Positions 24,774-34,927 of a stretch of 38,589 nt of DNA are shown here, piece by piece. The notes beneath the pieces were generated by a model that did no database searches, was not told the origin of the DNA, and saw only the letters and a list, made by a program, of their open reading frames with translations. A program made the translations under genes and the position numbers. Positions within the stretch are counted from its first letter, which is position 1, and the number at the start of each line of letters is the position of its first letter. Source of the DNA: a virus (lineage: Duplodnaviria > Heunggongvirae > Uroviricota > Caudoviricetes); IMG/VR virus record IMGVR_UViG_3300031857_000056, positions 1 through 38,589 of that record, one strand, 5' to 3'.

Positions 24774-25433
24774 ATGGCAGGTAAAAGTGGACCAGATATT
24801 GTTGAAAATGGATTGGTATTGTGTTTGGATGCGGCTAATAAACTTAGCTATCGTGGCACAGGCACAACGTGGACTGATTTGAGTGGTAATAACAATACGA
24901 GTACACTAATAAACGGTCCTACATTTAGTACGGCTAATTTGGGTAGTATCGTATTTGATGGTACCGATGATTATGTAAATTGTGGTAATGGTGCCTCTCT
25001 GAAATTAACTTCAGGAACAGTAACTGTGTGGATGAAGACTACTTCTACAGCTGTAGCTTATCAAGGTATAGTGGTTAAGGCACTCAACTACGGAATATAT
25101 AATTATGGTGGTAATTTACTTCTTTACGATTGGGGTGCAGACACTAATAGAAATTCGGGTATATCTATTTCTGATGGAAATTGGAGATTTATTACATTAA
25201 ATTTTGCTAGTAATTCAGCAAACAACGCAAAGGTATATATAAACGGTGTATTAGTATATACCACAACGATGTATAAAACTAGTGATGATTACAGTTTAGG
25301 TATTTCTACAGGCAGTAGTGGATCTCAACTTTTTCCAGGCACTATTGGCAGTGTACAAATATACAACAGAGAATTAACTGCAACTGAAATATTACAAAAT
25401 TATAACGCAACTAAAAGTAGATTTGGAAGATAA
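24774..25433 (+). CDS. LamG/ConA-like lectin-fold protein (paralog 2)
   Basis: Same conserved ends as paralog 1, different core. Confidence 0.82.
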   Translation: MAGKSGPDIVENGLVLCLDAANKLSYRGTGTTWTDLSGNNNTSTLINGPTFSTANLGSIVFDGTDDYVNCGNGASLKLTSGTVTVWMKTTSTAVAYQGIVVKALNYGIYNYGGNLLLYDWGADTNRNSGISISDGNWRFITLNFASNSANNAKVYINGVLVYTTTMYKTSDDYSLGISTGSSGSQLFPGTIGSVQIYNRELTATEILQNYNATKSRFGR

Positions 25434-25444
25434 TTATACTGTAT

Positions 25445-26098
25445 ATGGGTATATCTAGAGGACCAAAAATTGTATCAAGCGGATTAGTATTGTGTTTGGA
25501 TGCGGCTAATAAAGTGAGTTATCCTGGCAGTGGTACCACTTGGACAGATTTAAGCGGTAATAACAATACAGGTACTCTTACAAATGGTCCTACATTTAGC
25601 GCTGGTAATCAAGGTAGTATAGTTTTTGATGGTACCAATGATTATGTAAATATAAGTTCATTAATAACTGGAAATCAATCTTTTTCTTGGGGTGCTTGGA
25701 TTAATCCCACTGCAACAGGAACGCCTGTGCTTTTTGGAAATGTTTCTACTGGATTAGCAATGCTTTCGTATTGGGACTCTGCCAATAATAAAGTGAGAGT
25801 TGGTACTTATGGTAATGATAGATTAACATCAGGAACTGCAATTCCACCTTCTACTTGGGGATATACTTTTTGGACTTGGAATGGAACTACGTTAACTTCA
25901 TATACAAATGGAATTGCAGACGGAACGGCGACTGGATTTTCATTTAATATTTCAAGTTTATATACAACTATAGGCAATGCTGTAAATAGTCAATATTTTA
26001 ATGGTCGTATATCACAAACTTTAGTTTACAACAGAGCATTAAGTGCAACTGAAGTATTGCAAAATTATAATGCTGTAAAAGGTAGATTTGGAAGATAA
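25445..26098 (+). CDS. LamG/ConA-like lectin-fold protein (paralog 3)
   Basis: Same conserved ends as paralog 1, different core. Confidence 0.82.
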   Translation: MGISRGPKIVSSGLVLCLDAANKVSYPGSGTTWTDLSGNNNTGTLTNGPTFSAGNQGSIVFDGTNDYVNISSLITGNQSFSWGAWINPTATGTPVLFGNVSTGLAMLSYWDSANNKVRVGTYGNDRLTSGTAIPPSTWGYTFWTWNGTTLTSYTNGIADGTATGFSFNISSLYTTIGNAVNSQYFNGRISQTLVYNRALSATEVLQNYNAVKGRFGR

Positions 26099-26143
26099 AT
26101 ATCTTAATTTGATGAATGTGTATAATTATGATATTTATATGAT

Positions 26144-29100
26144 ATGTTGACGTTAACAAAGGTATTACCAGCATTAATTTCAAGTGGTAGCTTTACTGGT
26201 TCATTTTATGGTACCAGCAGTTATTCAAAAAGAGCATTAACCGCAAGTTATGCTTTGAATGCGAGTGGCGGTAGTGGAACCAGTGGAACCAGTGGTGCAA
26301 CAGGCACAAGTGGTACCAGCGGTAATAGTGGAACCAGTGGCACAAGTGGTAACAGTGGTACTAATGGTACAAGCGGAAATAGTGGAAGTAGTGGAACAAG
26401 TGGTGGAGGAGCTTCATTAAATACAGGTAGTACTTATCCTATTACAAGCAGTTGGTCAAGAAAAGCAGTTACTGCTAGTTATTTAAATATTATAAGTCAA
26501 TCTTTAATACCAGCTAAAAATAACACATATAGTTTGGGTAATCCTACTAATAAATGGAAAGATATATATGTAAGTACCGCGAGTATTTATTTTGATAACT
26601 ATCCACTTACAGTTAATGTCACAAATAATATACCGAGACTCAATTTCTTCAGTAGTAGCATAGTAACAGTACCAATAGGTTCAAATACAAACACAGCCAG
26701 TTATGCGCTTAAAGCATTAACAGCTAGTTATGTGTCTGGTGGTGGTTCCGGTACATCAGGAACAAGTGGTACAAGTATCACTGCAAGTTTGCAAACAGGC
26801 AGTATTGCTAAACAAACCGTATTATACAATGTGGTCTCAGGCAGTCAAAACGTAATCACTGGGTTGAATTTGAGCGGAAATAAGTGGGGTGTAGATATCA
26901 AAGAAGAATGGGACTATGCGGTTGTACCAGGCGATCAATATTATAATAATGTAAATTTATTATTACGTCTCACCGGAAGCAACGGAAGTACAACATTTGT
27001 TGACAATAGTTCATCGCCGAAAACGATGACTGCTAATGGTAATGCTCAAATTAGTACGGCGCAAACTAAATTTAGTGGGGGTAGTCTTTATTTAGATGGT
27101 AATGGTGATTATCTTACTACACCAAATACAACTTCGTTGTTATTAGGTACAAATGATTTTACTATAGAGTGTTTCTTATATTTGACGCAAAATGGTACCA
27201 CAGCTGTAGGTGAAACATATGCACCATTAATACTATTAGGAAATTATTTTGCGGAAAATTCAAACAGTAGAGTTTTTTATTCATTTATATATAACGTACA
27301 AGCTGGAAATAAATTAAGTTTTTCAACAAAAGGTGGAAATAGTTTTGGGCAGCCCGATTATTATGGTGTTTCAAGTAATGCTATTAATATTCCATTGAAT
27401 ACTTGGGTACACGTTGCGGTGACCAGAACTTCAAATCAAATTAAATTTTGGTATAATGGATCGCTTGTAGGAACAGATAGCTCTGTATCTTGGAATTCAA
27501 TTAATTTAAATGTTACTCCTGGTGCTAATAATAACTTGTATATCGGAAGACAGAGTGGATTCAGCTCAGTTGATGGTGCTCTATGGCATTTTCCTGGGTA
27601 TTTGTCGAATATTAGAATTACAAACGGTGTGGCTAGATACACTGGCAATTTTACCCCAGCTACATCTCAATTTCCAACCAATGTAGGATCGACACAATAT
27701 GCAACAAAATATATTGGATTGATTGGCGGATTAAATGATAAAAATGTAGACTATGGAGTACAAAAACTAAGTGATAGTTCACTTAAAGTGGTTAAAATGT
27801 CTCAAACAACCACACCATTTCCAAGTGGGTCATTGAGTAGCAGTGTAGATAGAGTGTACGTAAATGTGCTTAATTACACAAACGTCAGTGTGACCAGCAG
27901 TTATGCTACAAATGCTTTGACCGCAAGTTATATATTGGGTGGAGGCGCAAATGGTAGTAGTGGTACCAGTGGCGCAACAGGATCAAGTGGCACCAGTGGA
28001 AACAGTGGTACGAGTGGATCATCTGGTACTAGTGCCACTGCTGGTAGCAGCGGTACAAGTGGAGTTGGTTCACCTGGCACAAGTGGTACAGCAGGATCAA
28101 GTGGCACAAGCATCACTGCTAGTTTGCAAACAGGCAGTATTGCTAAACAAACTATATTATATAATGTTGTATCTGGTAGTCAGAATGTTATAACCGGTTT
28201 AAATTTGAGTGGTAACAAGTGGGGTGTAGATATCAAAGAAGAATGGGACGCTGTAGTTGTACCAGGCGATCAATATTATAATAGTTGTAGCATATTATTA
28301 CATTTAAATGGTTCAAATGGTAGTACTACATTCGTTGATAATGGTCCCAATAACTTAACTGTTACAGGAGCTGGTGCTTCTATTAGTACTGTGCAGAGTA
28401 AGTTCGGAGGAGCTAGTGCTGTATTTTCCGGGGGAAATGCAATAACTTGGCCAGCTAGCAATTTATTTGCTTATGGATTGTTACCTTTTACCGTTGAATT
28501 CTGGGTATATCCAAATTCGGTATCTAGCGAATATATTTATGCGCAAACTAGACTTGGTGATAATTATTTTTTAATAGGAATTGGAGGTGGTGTACTGTAT
28601 TTAACATTTGGTGCTGGTGGAGGATCTTCAATATCAGGTGGATCTATATCTACTGGTACGTGGACCAATATCGCACTTGTAAGAGAAGGCACCGGAACAA
28701 ATCAAACAAAGTTATATATAAACGGAACTCAGGTTGCAGCAGGTACGTGTAATTATAATTTTTCCGATACTACTTTTGTACCAACTTTGGGTCGATACAC
28801 ACACACTTCGGCAAATGTATATAATGGATATGTAGATGAATTTCGTATAACCAAGGGAATTGCAAGATATACCAGTAACTTTACCCCACGAACATCCGAA
28901 TTTCAAAATAATGTTGGTTTAACACAATATGCTACTAAATATGTAGGTTTGATTGGTGGTTTGAATGATAGAAGTGTAGATTACGGTGTGCAAAAATTAA
29001 GTGACAGTTCGCTTAAAGTGGTGAAGATGACACAAACCACATCGCCTTTTCCAAGTGGATCGCTTAGCTCATCAGTAGATAGGGTATATGTTAACGTGCT

Positions 29101-31429
29101 TAATTACACAAACGTCAGTGTAACTAGCAGTTATGCTACAAATGCTTTAACTGCAAGTTATATATTAGGTGGCGGGGCAAATGGCAGTAGTGGTACCAGT
29201 GGTGCAACTGGCGCAACTGGAACGTCAGGTACTTCAGGTAATAGTGGAAGTAGTGGAACAAGTGGTGGGGGTGCTTCATTAACAACTGGTAGTACGTATC
29301 CTATTACAAGCAGTTGGTCTCGTAGATCTTTAACAGCTAGTTATGCATTAAATGCTAGTGGTGGTGGGTCTTCACTTGCAGTTGGACAAACATTTGTAAG
29401 CAATGGTAGTCAAACTGTATATACTTTGAGTCAAACCGCAGCCAATAGAGATCAAATACTTGTTGTAACCAATGGTGTAGTTCAAAGCAGAAGTGGTAGC
29501 AATTATACTGTAAGCGGTACAACTTTAACTTTGAGTGACCCCGTTCAAAGTGGTGGATTGATTGATGTTCGATTTATAAATGCTGGTCAAGGTTCAAGTG
29601 GCACAAGCGGTGCAAATGGTACTGTTCAAACAGGTAGCATTGCTAAACAAACCATATTATATAATGTAGTCTCAGGTAGTCAAAACGTAATTACCGGTTT
29701 GAATTTAAGCGGCAACAAGTGGGGTGTGGATATCAAAGAAGAATGGGATGCTGTAATTGTAGCCGGCGATCAATATTATAATAGCTGTAGTTTATTGATG
29801 CATTTTAATGGAAGTAATGGTAGTACTACATTTACTGATAATAGTAAAAATAATTTTACAGTTACATCGGTTAATGGTACGGCTATAAGTACCGATCAAA
29901 GTAAATTTGGCGGTGCAAGTGTATATTTTGATGGTACAAATGACTATCTTTCTATAACAAATAATTCAGCACTAAACTTATCGGGTGGGTCATATACAAT
30001 AGAATGTTGGATTCGTCCAACAGGCAATTATTCTAATTATAGGCCTATAATTGCAAAAAGAATTCCAGGCACTGGTACCAGTGCCTGGCAAGTTTACTTA
30101 AGAGTTACCACAGGATATCTTAGTTATTTTAACGGAACTGAAATTGTATCATCTACAACACCAACAGCAAATGTATGGAGTCACGTAGCTGCTGTTTATA
30201 ATGGAACTACAATTAATTTATATTTAAATGGTGTAAGTGTTTTGTCAACTGCTGTAGGAAATTCAGACGTTGATGCGTCGATTAATATTGGAGCTTTTCC
30301 ATCATTTGGCGAATATTTTATTGGTTATATAGATGAATTGAGAGTAACCAAAGGTATAGCTAGATATACTAGTAATTTTACACCGCCGACTTCTGAATTT
30401 CCAAATAATGCTAGTATAACGCAATATGCAACCAAATATGTTGGTTTGATTGGTGGTTTGAACGATAAAAGTGTAGATTACGGCGTACAGAAGTTGAGTG
30501 ATAGTTCGCTTAAGGTGGTAAAGATGAGTCAAACCACATCGCCATTTCCAAGTGGATCATTGAGCAGCAGTGTGGATAGGGTGTATGTGAATGTGTTGGA
30601 CTATAATAAAGTAAATGTGACCAGCAGTTATGCTACAAATGCTTTGACTGCTAGTTATTCTTTAAAAAGTGGTAATGCTCTAAGAACGGGTAGTTTGTAT
30701 CCAATTACTGCTAGTAGAGCTGTTAGCAGCAGTTATTTACTTGGTGGAAGTCAAATATTAACTGAGGATAAAACAGTATCATTTAGTAGTTCATTTACTA
30801 CTGCACAAATTCAAGCATTGATTGATGTGCAACCAAGAAATTTAGGTAACAAAACTTTAACATTTAAATTTGCTGATGGCAATTACAATTTATCCACAGG
30901 TTTGAGATTTTTTAATTTTTCTAATGGATCGATTTATATAAGTGGAAATTCTTCAAATAACACAGTAGCGTTTGCTAAAAATGTAACACTAAGTGGATCG
31001 GTTCCTATTTATATTTCTAATAATTCTACATATACAGAAGTAAATTATTTAAGATTAGCAGTTAATACAAGTACGTATCAAACTGGATTGGTGATAGAAA
31101 ATGGTAATGCAAATGTATATTATTGTTCGTTTACAAACCACCCAAGATCAGTTACAGTCGGCTCTGGAAATGGTGTAATGACTCAAGCTGGAGGAACTGC
31201 TTGGGTAAGATACTGTTATTTTACTTCGATGGATAGATATATAGTTTCTTTATTCAACGGGATCATTACGGCTGATACAAATTCTCAAGGAACAAATTCA
31301 AATATTGCATATTTAGCATATGGGGGAATTATACAAGTACAAAATACAGGATTAACAGCGGTAACAACTTATTCAACTAGTGTAGGTGGTTTAATTGTAA
31401 GACCTAGTGGAACAACAATAGGAACATAA
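26144..31429 (+). CDS. Giant fibre protein: three scaffolded LamG domains, GTS repeats, C-terminal beta-helix-like domain
   Basis: 1761-aa ORF with three TGSIAKQT...RVYVNVL units; pectin-lyase-like periodicity at the C-terminus. Confidence 0.8.
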   Translation: MLTLTKVLPALISSGSFTGSFYGTSSYSKRALTASYALNASGGSGTSGTSGATGTSGTSGNSGTSGTSGNSGTNGTSGNSGSSGTSGGGASLNTGSTYPITSSWSRKAVTASYLNIISQSLIPAKNNTYSLGNPTNKWKDIYVSTASIYFDNYPLTVNVTNNIPRLNFFSSSIVTVPIGSNTNTASYALKALTASYVSGGGSGTSGTSGTSITASLQTGSIAKQTVLYNVVSGSQNVITGLNLSGNKWGVDIKEEWDYAVVPGDQYYNNVNLLLRLTGSNGSTTFVDNSSSPKTMTANGNAQISTAQTKFSGGSLYLDGNGDYLTTPNTTSLLLGTNDFTIECFLYLTQNGTTAVGETYAPLILLGNYFAENSNSRVFYSFIYNVQAGNKLSFSTKGGNSFGQPDYYGVSSNAINIPLNTWVHVAVTRTSNQIKFWYNGSLVGTDSSVSWNSINLNVTPGANNNLYIGRQSGFSSVDGALWHFPGYLSNIRITNGVARYTGNFTPATSQFPTNVGSTQYATKYIGLIGGLNDKNVDYGVQKLSDSSLKVVKMSQTTTPFPSGSLSSSVDRVYVNVLNYTNVSVTSSYATNALTASYILGGGANGSSGTSGATGSSGTSGNSGTSGSSGTSATAGSSGTSGVGSPGTSGTAGSSGTSITASLQTGSIAKQTILYNVVSGSQNVITGLNLSGNKWGVDIKEEWDAVVVPGDQYYNSCSILLHLNGSNGSTTFVDNGPNNLTVTGAGASISTVQSKFGGASAVFSGGNAITWPASNLFAYGLLPFTVEFWVYPNSVSSEYIYAQTRLGDNYFLIGIGGGVLYLTFGAGGGSSISGGSISTGTWTNIALVREGTGTNQTKLYINGTQVAAGTCNYNFSDTTFVPTLGRYTHTSANVYNGYVDEFRITKGIARYTSNFTPRTSEFQNNVGLTQYATKYVGLIGGLNDRSVDYGVQKLSDSSLKVVKMTQTTSPFPSGSLSSSVDRVYVNVLNYTNVSVTSSYATNALTASYILGGGANGSSGTSGATGATGTSGTSGNSGSSGTSGGGASLTTGSTYPITSSWSRRSLTASYALNASGGGSSLAVGQTFVSNGSQTVYTLSQTAANRDQILVVTNGVVQSRSGSNYTVSGTTLTLSDPVQSGGLIDVRFINAGQGSSGTSGANGTVQTGSIAKQTILYNVVSGSQNVITGLNLSGNKWGVDIKEEWDAVIVAGDQYYNSCSLLMHFNGSNGSTTFTDNSKNNFTVTSVNGTAISTDQSKFGGASVYFDGTNDYLSITNNSALNLSGGSYTIECWIRPTGNYSNYRPIIAKRIPGTGTSAWQVYLRVTTGYLSYFNGTEIVSSTTPTANVWSHVAAVYNGTTINLYLNGVSVLSTAVGNSDVDASINIGAFPSFGEYFIGYIDELRVTKGIARYTSNFTPPTSEFPNNASITQYATKYVGLIGGLNDKSVDYGVQKLSDSSLKVVKMSQTTSPFPSGSLSSSVDRVYVNVLDYNKVNVTSSYATNALTASYSLKSGNALRTGSLYPITASRAVSSSYLLGGSQILTEDKTVSFSSSFTTAQIQALIDVQPRNLGNKTLTFKFADGNYNLSTGLRFFNFSNGSIYISGNSSNNTVAFAKNVTLSGSVPIYISNNSTYTEVNYLRLAVNTSTYQTGLVIENGNANVYYCSFTNHPRSVTVGSGNGVMTQAGGTAWVRYCYFTSMDRYIVSLFNGIITADTNSQGTNSNIAYLAYGGIIQVQNTGLTAVTTYSTSVGGLIVRPSGTTIGT

Positions 31430-31433
31430 TTTT

Positions 31434-31727
31434 ATGATAGTACTATATAATGATATTACAGGTGATATTACACTCAAAGTGGTAGAAGGAACAGGTGATG
31501 CAGAACCAGGACCAGGACATTCTCGTATCATATTAAGTGATTGTGTGGGCAATGAAACAAATGTTAATCAAATTCCTAGTTTTGCATTAAGATTTTGTCA
31601 AGAAAATAGAAAAAAAGAATATCCTACTGTTAGTGAACAATTGGATTATATTTATCATAATGGAATTGACGCGTGGAAAACTAACATAATTGACCCAATA
31701 AAACAAAAGTATCCAAAGCCAAGTTAA
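31434..31727 (+). CDS. Tail-fibre assembly chaperone-like protein
   Basis: RKKEYPTVSEQLDYIYHNGIDAWK...IKQKYPK. Confidence 0.65.
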   Translation: MIVLYNDITGDITLKVVEGTGDAEPGPGHSRIILSDCVGNETNVNQIPSFALRFCQENRKKEYPTVSEQLDYIYHNGIDAWKTNIIDPIKQKYPKPS

Positions 31728-31730
31728 TTT

Positions 31731-34529
31731 ATGCCATTACTAAAAATATTACCATCTTTAATATCTCAAGGATCTTTTACAGGATCTTTCAGTGGTACAG
31801 GCAGTTATGCTCGTAGAGCATTAACTGCGAGTTATGTATTAGGCGGAGCAGCTGGTTCATCAGGCACAAGTGGCGCAAATGGTACAAGTGGTAGTAGCGG
31901 AAGTAGTGGTGCAAATGGTACTAGTGGATCGTCTGGTACTAGTGCCACTGCTGGTAGTAGCGGCACAAGTGGTGTAGGTTCTCCAGGCACTAGTGGAACA
32001 GCAGGATCAAGTGGTACATCTGGTTCAAGTGGATCCAGTGGAAATAGTGGTACAAGCGGAAGCAGTGGTGCTACAGGCAGCAGTGGTACAAGTGGTGCTG
32101 GATCGCCAGGTAGTAGTGGTAGTAGTGGAACCAGTACCACTCCAGCTTTATCGTTGGGTCAAACTTATATAGGAAATGGTAGTACTACCACTTATGCTTT
32201 ATCACAAAGTGTAGCTAATCGTGATCAAATATTGGTAAATGTAGATGGTGTGTTGCAAGGTAGAAGTGGTAATTATTATACTGTAAGTGGTACCACATTA
32301 ACTTTAAGTTCCCCACCACAAAATGGTAGCATCATTGATATACGTTATATTAACGGCGGAAGTGGTATTGTCACAACAGGTAGCTTAGCTAAGCAAACCA
32401 TATTATACAATGTAGTCTCAGGCAGTCAAAACACTATAACCGGCTTAAATTTGAACGGTAACAAGTGGGGTGTAGATATAAAAGAAGAGTGGGACGCTGT
32501 AATTATAGCTGGTGATCAATATTATAATAGTTGTAGTTTATTATTGCATTGTGATGGTACAAATGGAAGCACCACATTCACTGATAATAGCAAAAATGTT
32601 TTAATTGTTACATCGGTTAATGGTACTGCAATTAGTACGGCGCAAAGTAAATTTGGTGGTGCTAGTGGATTATTTGATGGCACAAATGATTATCTTTCTA
32701 TACCAGATAATGAATCCTTAGAACCAGGTACAAATAATTTGACTTGGGAGATGTGGATAAAAACTACAAGTAGTGTTCAATACGCTACTCTTTATTCTAG
32801 GACACCTTCTTCATTTGGCAGTGGTATGTGGTCGGTGATGATAAATCAGGCATCAAGCACTGCAGGTGATATTGCATTATATGTGGCTGATTATTCAGGT
32901 GTTGCACCTCTGTTATTAACAACGGGTGTAAGTATTAGAGACAATGCATGGCATCATATTGCTATAGTAAGAAATGGTAGTGCGTGGGTGTGCTATGTTG
33001 ATGGAACATCTCGTGCGACAGGCACTTTTAGTGGTAACATCGGTAATCTTAGTTCTGGTCCCAGAATAGGGGCGGACGAATTTTATGGTAGATATTTCAA
33101 TGGTTATATAGATGAATTGAGAGTTACTAAAGGTATAGCTAGATATACTAGTAATTTTACACCACAAACATCGGAATTTCCAAATAATGCTAGTATAACG
33201 CAATATGCAACCAAATATGTAGGTTTGATTGGTGGTTTGAATGATAAAAGTGTAGATTATGGTGTGCAGAAGTTGAGTGATAGTTCGCTTAAAGTGGTAA
33301 AGATGAGTCAAACTACATCGCCATTTCCAAGTGGATCATTGAGTTCATCTGTGGACAGAGTGTATGTGAACGTATTGGATTATAGCAAAGTATATGTAAC
33401 CAGCAGTTATTCGTTAAATTCAATTAATTCATTAGATATACCCAAAATAAAGTCAATTATATATACAAACAGTAGTTATACCCCAACCACAGCATCAGCT
33501 ATAGATTTATTCAAACCCAATACCAGTTACATTACTATATCAGGTAGTAATTTTAAGCCCAGTGCATCTATATTTATAGATAATACGTCTGGATCAGTGG
33601 TTACATATGTGAATAGCAACAAACTTAATGTGAATGTAATTTCAAAAAATGAAGGTACTTATCCAATATATTTGATGAATACTGATGGTGCATCTGCATT
33701 TAAAATAAACGCTATAACATATATTACCAGCCAAGACCAATTTCAATATTTGGTTTTAGCAGGTGGAGGCGGCGGTGGACTTGCACACGCTGGTGGCGGA
33801 GGTGCGGGTGGTTTTCGTACTGGATCTTTAGGTTTGAATCGATCTGTACCATACACTGTTTCAGTTGGATCAGGAGGATCTAGCTCACCATCTAGATCCG
33901 TAAATGGAACCAATGGAGGCAACAGTGTATTTGCATCAATTACATCGATAGGTGGTGGCGGAGGAGGATCTGAATACAAACCGGCTAACCCAGGCGGTTC
34001 AGGTGGAGGTGGTGCAACCCAGGGTGCAGGTGGATCTGGAACTGTGTCACAAGGTAATAATGGTGGAGCTGGTAGTCCTACTAGTCCGCCATATGCTGGT
34101 GGTGGTGGTGGTGGTGCTGGTGCTATTGGCGGAAGTTATACTCCTGGTTCAGGAGGTAATGGTGGAAATGGACTTATATCTAATATTTCAAGCACTCCAA
34201 TATATTATGCTGGCGGCGGAGGCGGCGGTGTATATGGTGGACAAGGTGGTGTCACCAATCGCGGAACAGGTGGTCTAGGCGGAGGTGGAAATGGTAACTA
34301 TGGAAATGGAAACGGATCTGCGGGCGAGGCGGCGCGTGGAGGAGGTGGCGGAGGTGGTGGATATCCAAATGAAAGTGCATATAATGGTGGATCAGGTATT
34401 GTAATTGTAAAATATTTATCTAGTAGAACTTTAACAATTGGGGTGGGTTTGACCTCATCGACTGTTATTACTGGGAGTTATAAAATTACTACGTTTACAG
34501 CTGGTTCAGACACAATAACAATTTCTTAA
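31731..34529 (+). CDS. Fibre protein: scaffolded LamG, IPT/TIG-like domain, glycine-rich C-terminal domain
   Basis: ITISGSNF...VTYVNSNKLNV...IYLMNTDG (Ig/IPT-like); YLVLAGGGGGG...GGSGIVIVKY Gly-rich module. Confidence 0.8.
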   Translation: MPLLKILPSLISQGSFTGSFSGTGSYARRALTASYVLGGAAGSSGTSGANGTSGSSGSSGANGTSGSSGTSATAGSSGTSGVGSPGTSGTAGSSGTSGSSGSSGNSGTSGSSGATGSSGTSGAGSPGSSGSSGTSTTPALSLGQTYIGNGSTTTYALSQSVANRDQILVNVDGVLQGRSGNYYTVSGTTLTLSSPPQNGSIIDIRYINGGSGIVTTGSLAKQTILYNVVSGSQNTITGLNLNGNKWGVDIKEEWDAVIIAGDQYYNSCSLLLHCDGTNGSTTFTDNSKNVLIVTSVNGTAISTAQSKFGGASGLFDGTNDYLSIPDNESLEPGTNNLTWEMWIKTTSSVQYATLYSRTPSSFGSGMWSVMINQASSTAGDIALYVADYSGVAPLLLTTGVSIRDNAWHHIAIVRNGSAWVCYVDGTSRATGTFSGNIGNLSSGPRIGADEFYGRYFNGYIDELRVTKGIARYTSNFTPQTSEFPNNASITQYATKYVGLIGGLNDKSVDYGVQKLSDSSLKVVKMSQTTSPFPSGSLSSSVDRVYVNVLDYSKVYVTSSYSLNSINSLDIPKIKSIIYTNSSYTPTTASAIDLFKPNTSYITISGSNFKPSASIFIDNTSGSVVTYVNSNKLNVNVISKNEGTYPIYLMNTDGASAFKINAITYITSQDQFQYLVLAGGGGGGLAHAGGGGAGGFRTGSLGLNRSVPYTVSVGSGGSSSPSRSVNGTNGGNSVFASITSIGGGGGGSEYKPANPGGSGGGGATQGAGGSGTVSQGNNGGAGSPTSPPYAGGGGGGAGAIGGSYTPGSGGNGGNGLISNISSTPIYYAGGGGGGVYGGQGGVTNRGTGGLGGGGNGNYGNGNGSAGEAARGGGGGGGGYPNESAYNGGSGIVIVKYLSSRTLTIGVGLTSSTVITGSYKITTFTAGSDTITIS

Positions 34530-34533
34530 AAAT

Positions 34534-34926
34534 ATGGCACATTACGCATTTTTAAATGAAGATTATGTAGTTACCGAAGTGATTGTCGGTAAAGACGAAA
34601 GACTTTTTGATTGGGAACATTATTATACAATTAAAAAGGGACAGATATGTAAACGAACTAGTTATAATACTAAAGGGGGTATATATTATAATTCAATAAC
34701 AAATTTACCAGATATCGATCAATCTAAATCATTTAGAAAAAATTTTGCTGGAATTGGATTTAAATATGATATGAACTTAGATGCATTCATACCACCACAA
34801 CCATATCCAAGTTGGATATTAAATGAACAAATCTGTAACTGGGAGTCACCAATACCATATCCAACTGACGGACAATTTTATAATTGGGATGAAACAACAC
34901 AATCTTGGATTTTAATTTCGGAATAA
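34534..34926 (+). CDS. Conserved small partner or chaperone of the Gly-rich fibre
   Basis: MAHYAFL...VTEVIVG...KRTSYNT...FRKNFAGIG...DAFIPPQPYPSW...WESP. Confidence 0.65.
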   Translation: MAHYAFLNEDYVVTEVIVGKDERLFDWEHYYTIKKGQICKRTSYNTKGGIYYNSITNLPDIDQSKSFRKNFAGIGFKYDMNLDAFIPPQPYPSWILNEQICNWESPIPYPTDGQFYNWDETTQSWILISE

Positions 34927-34927
34927 T

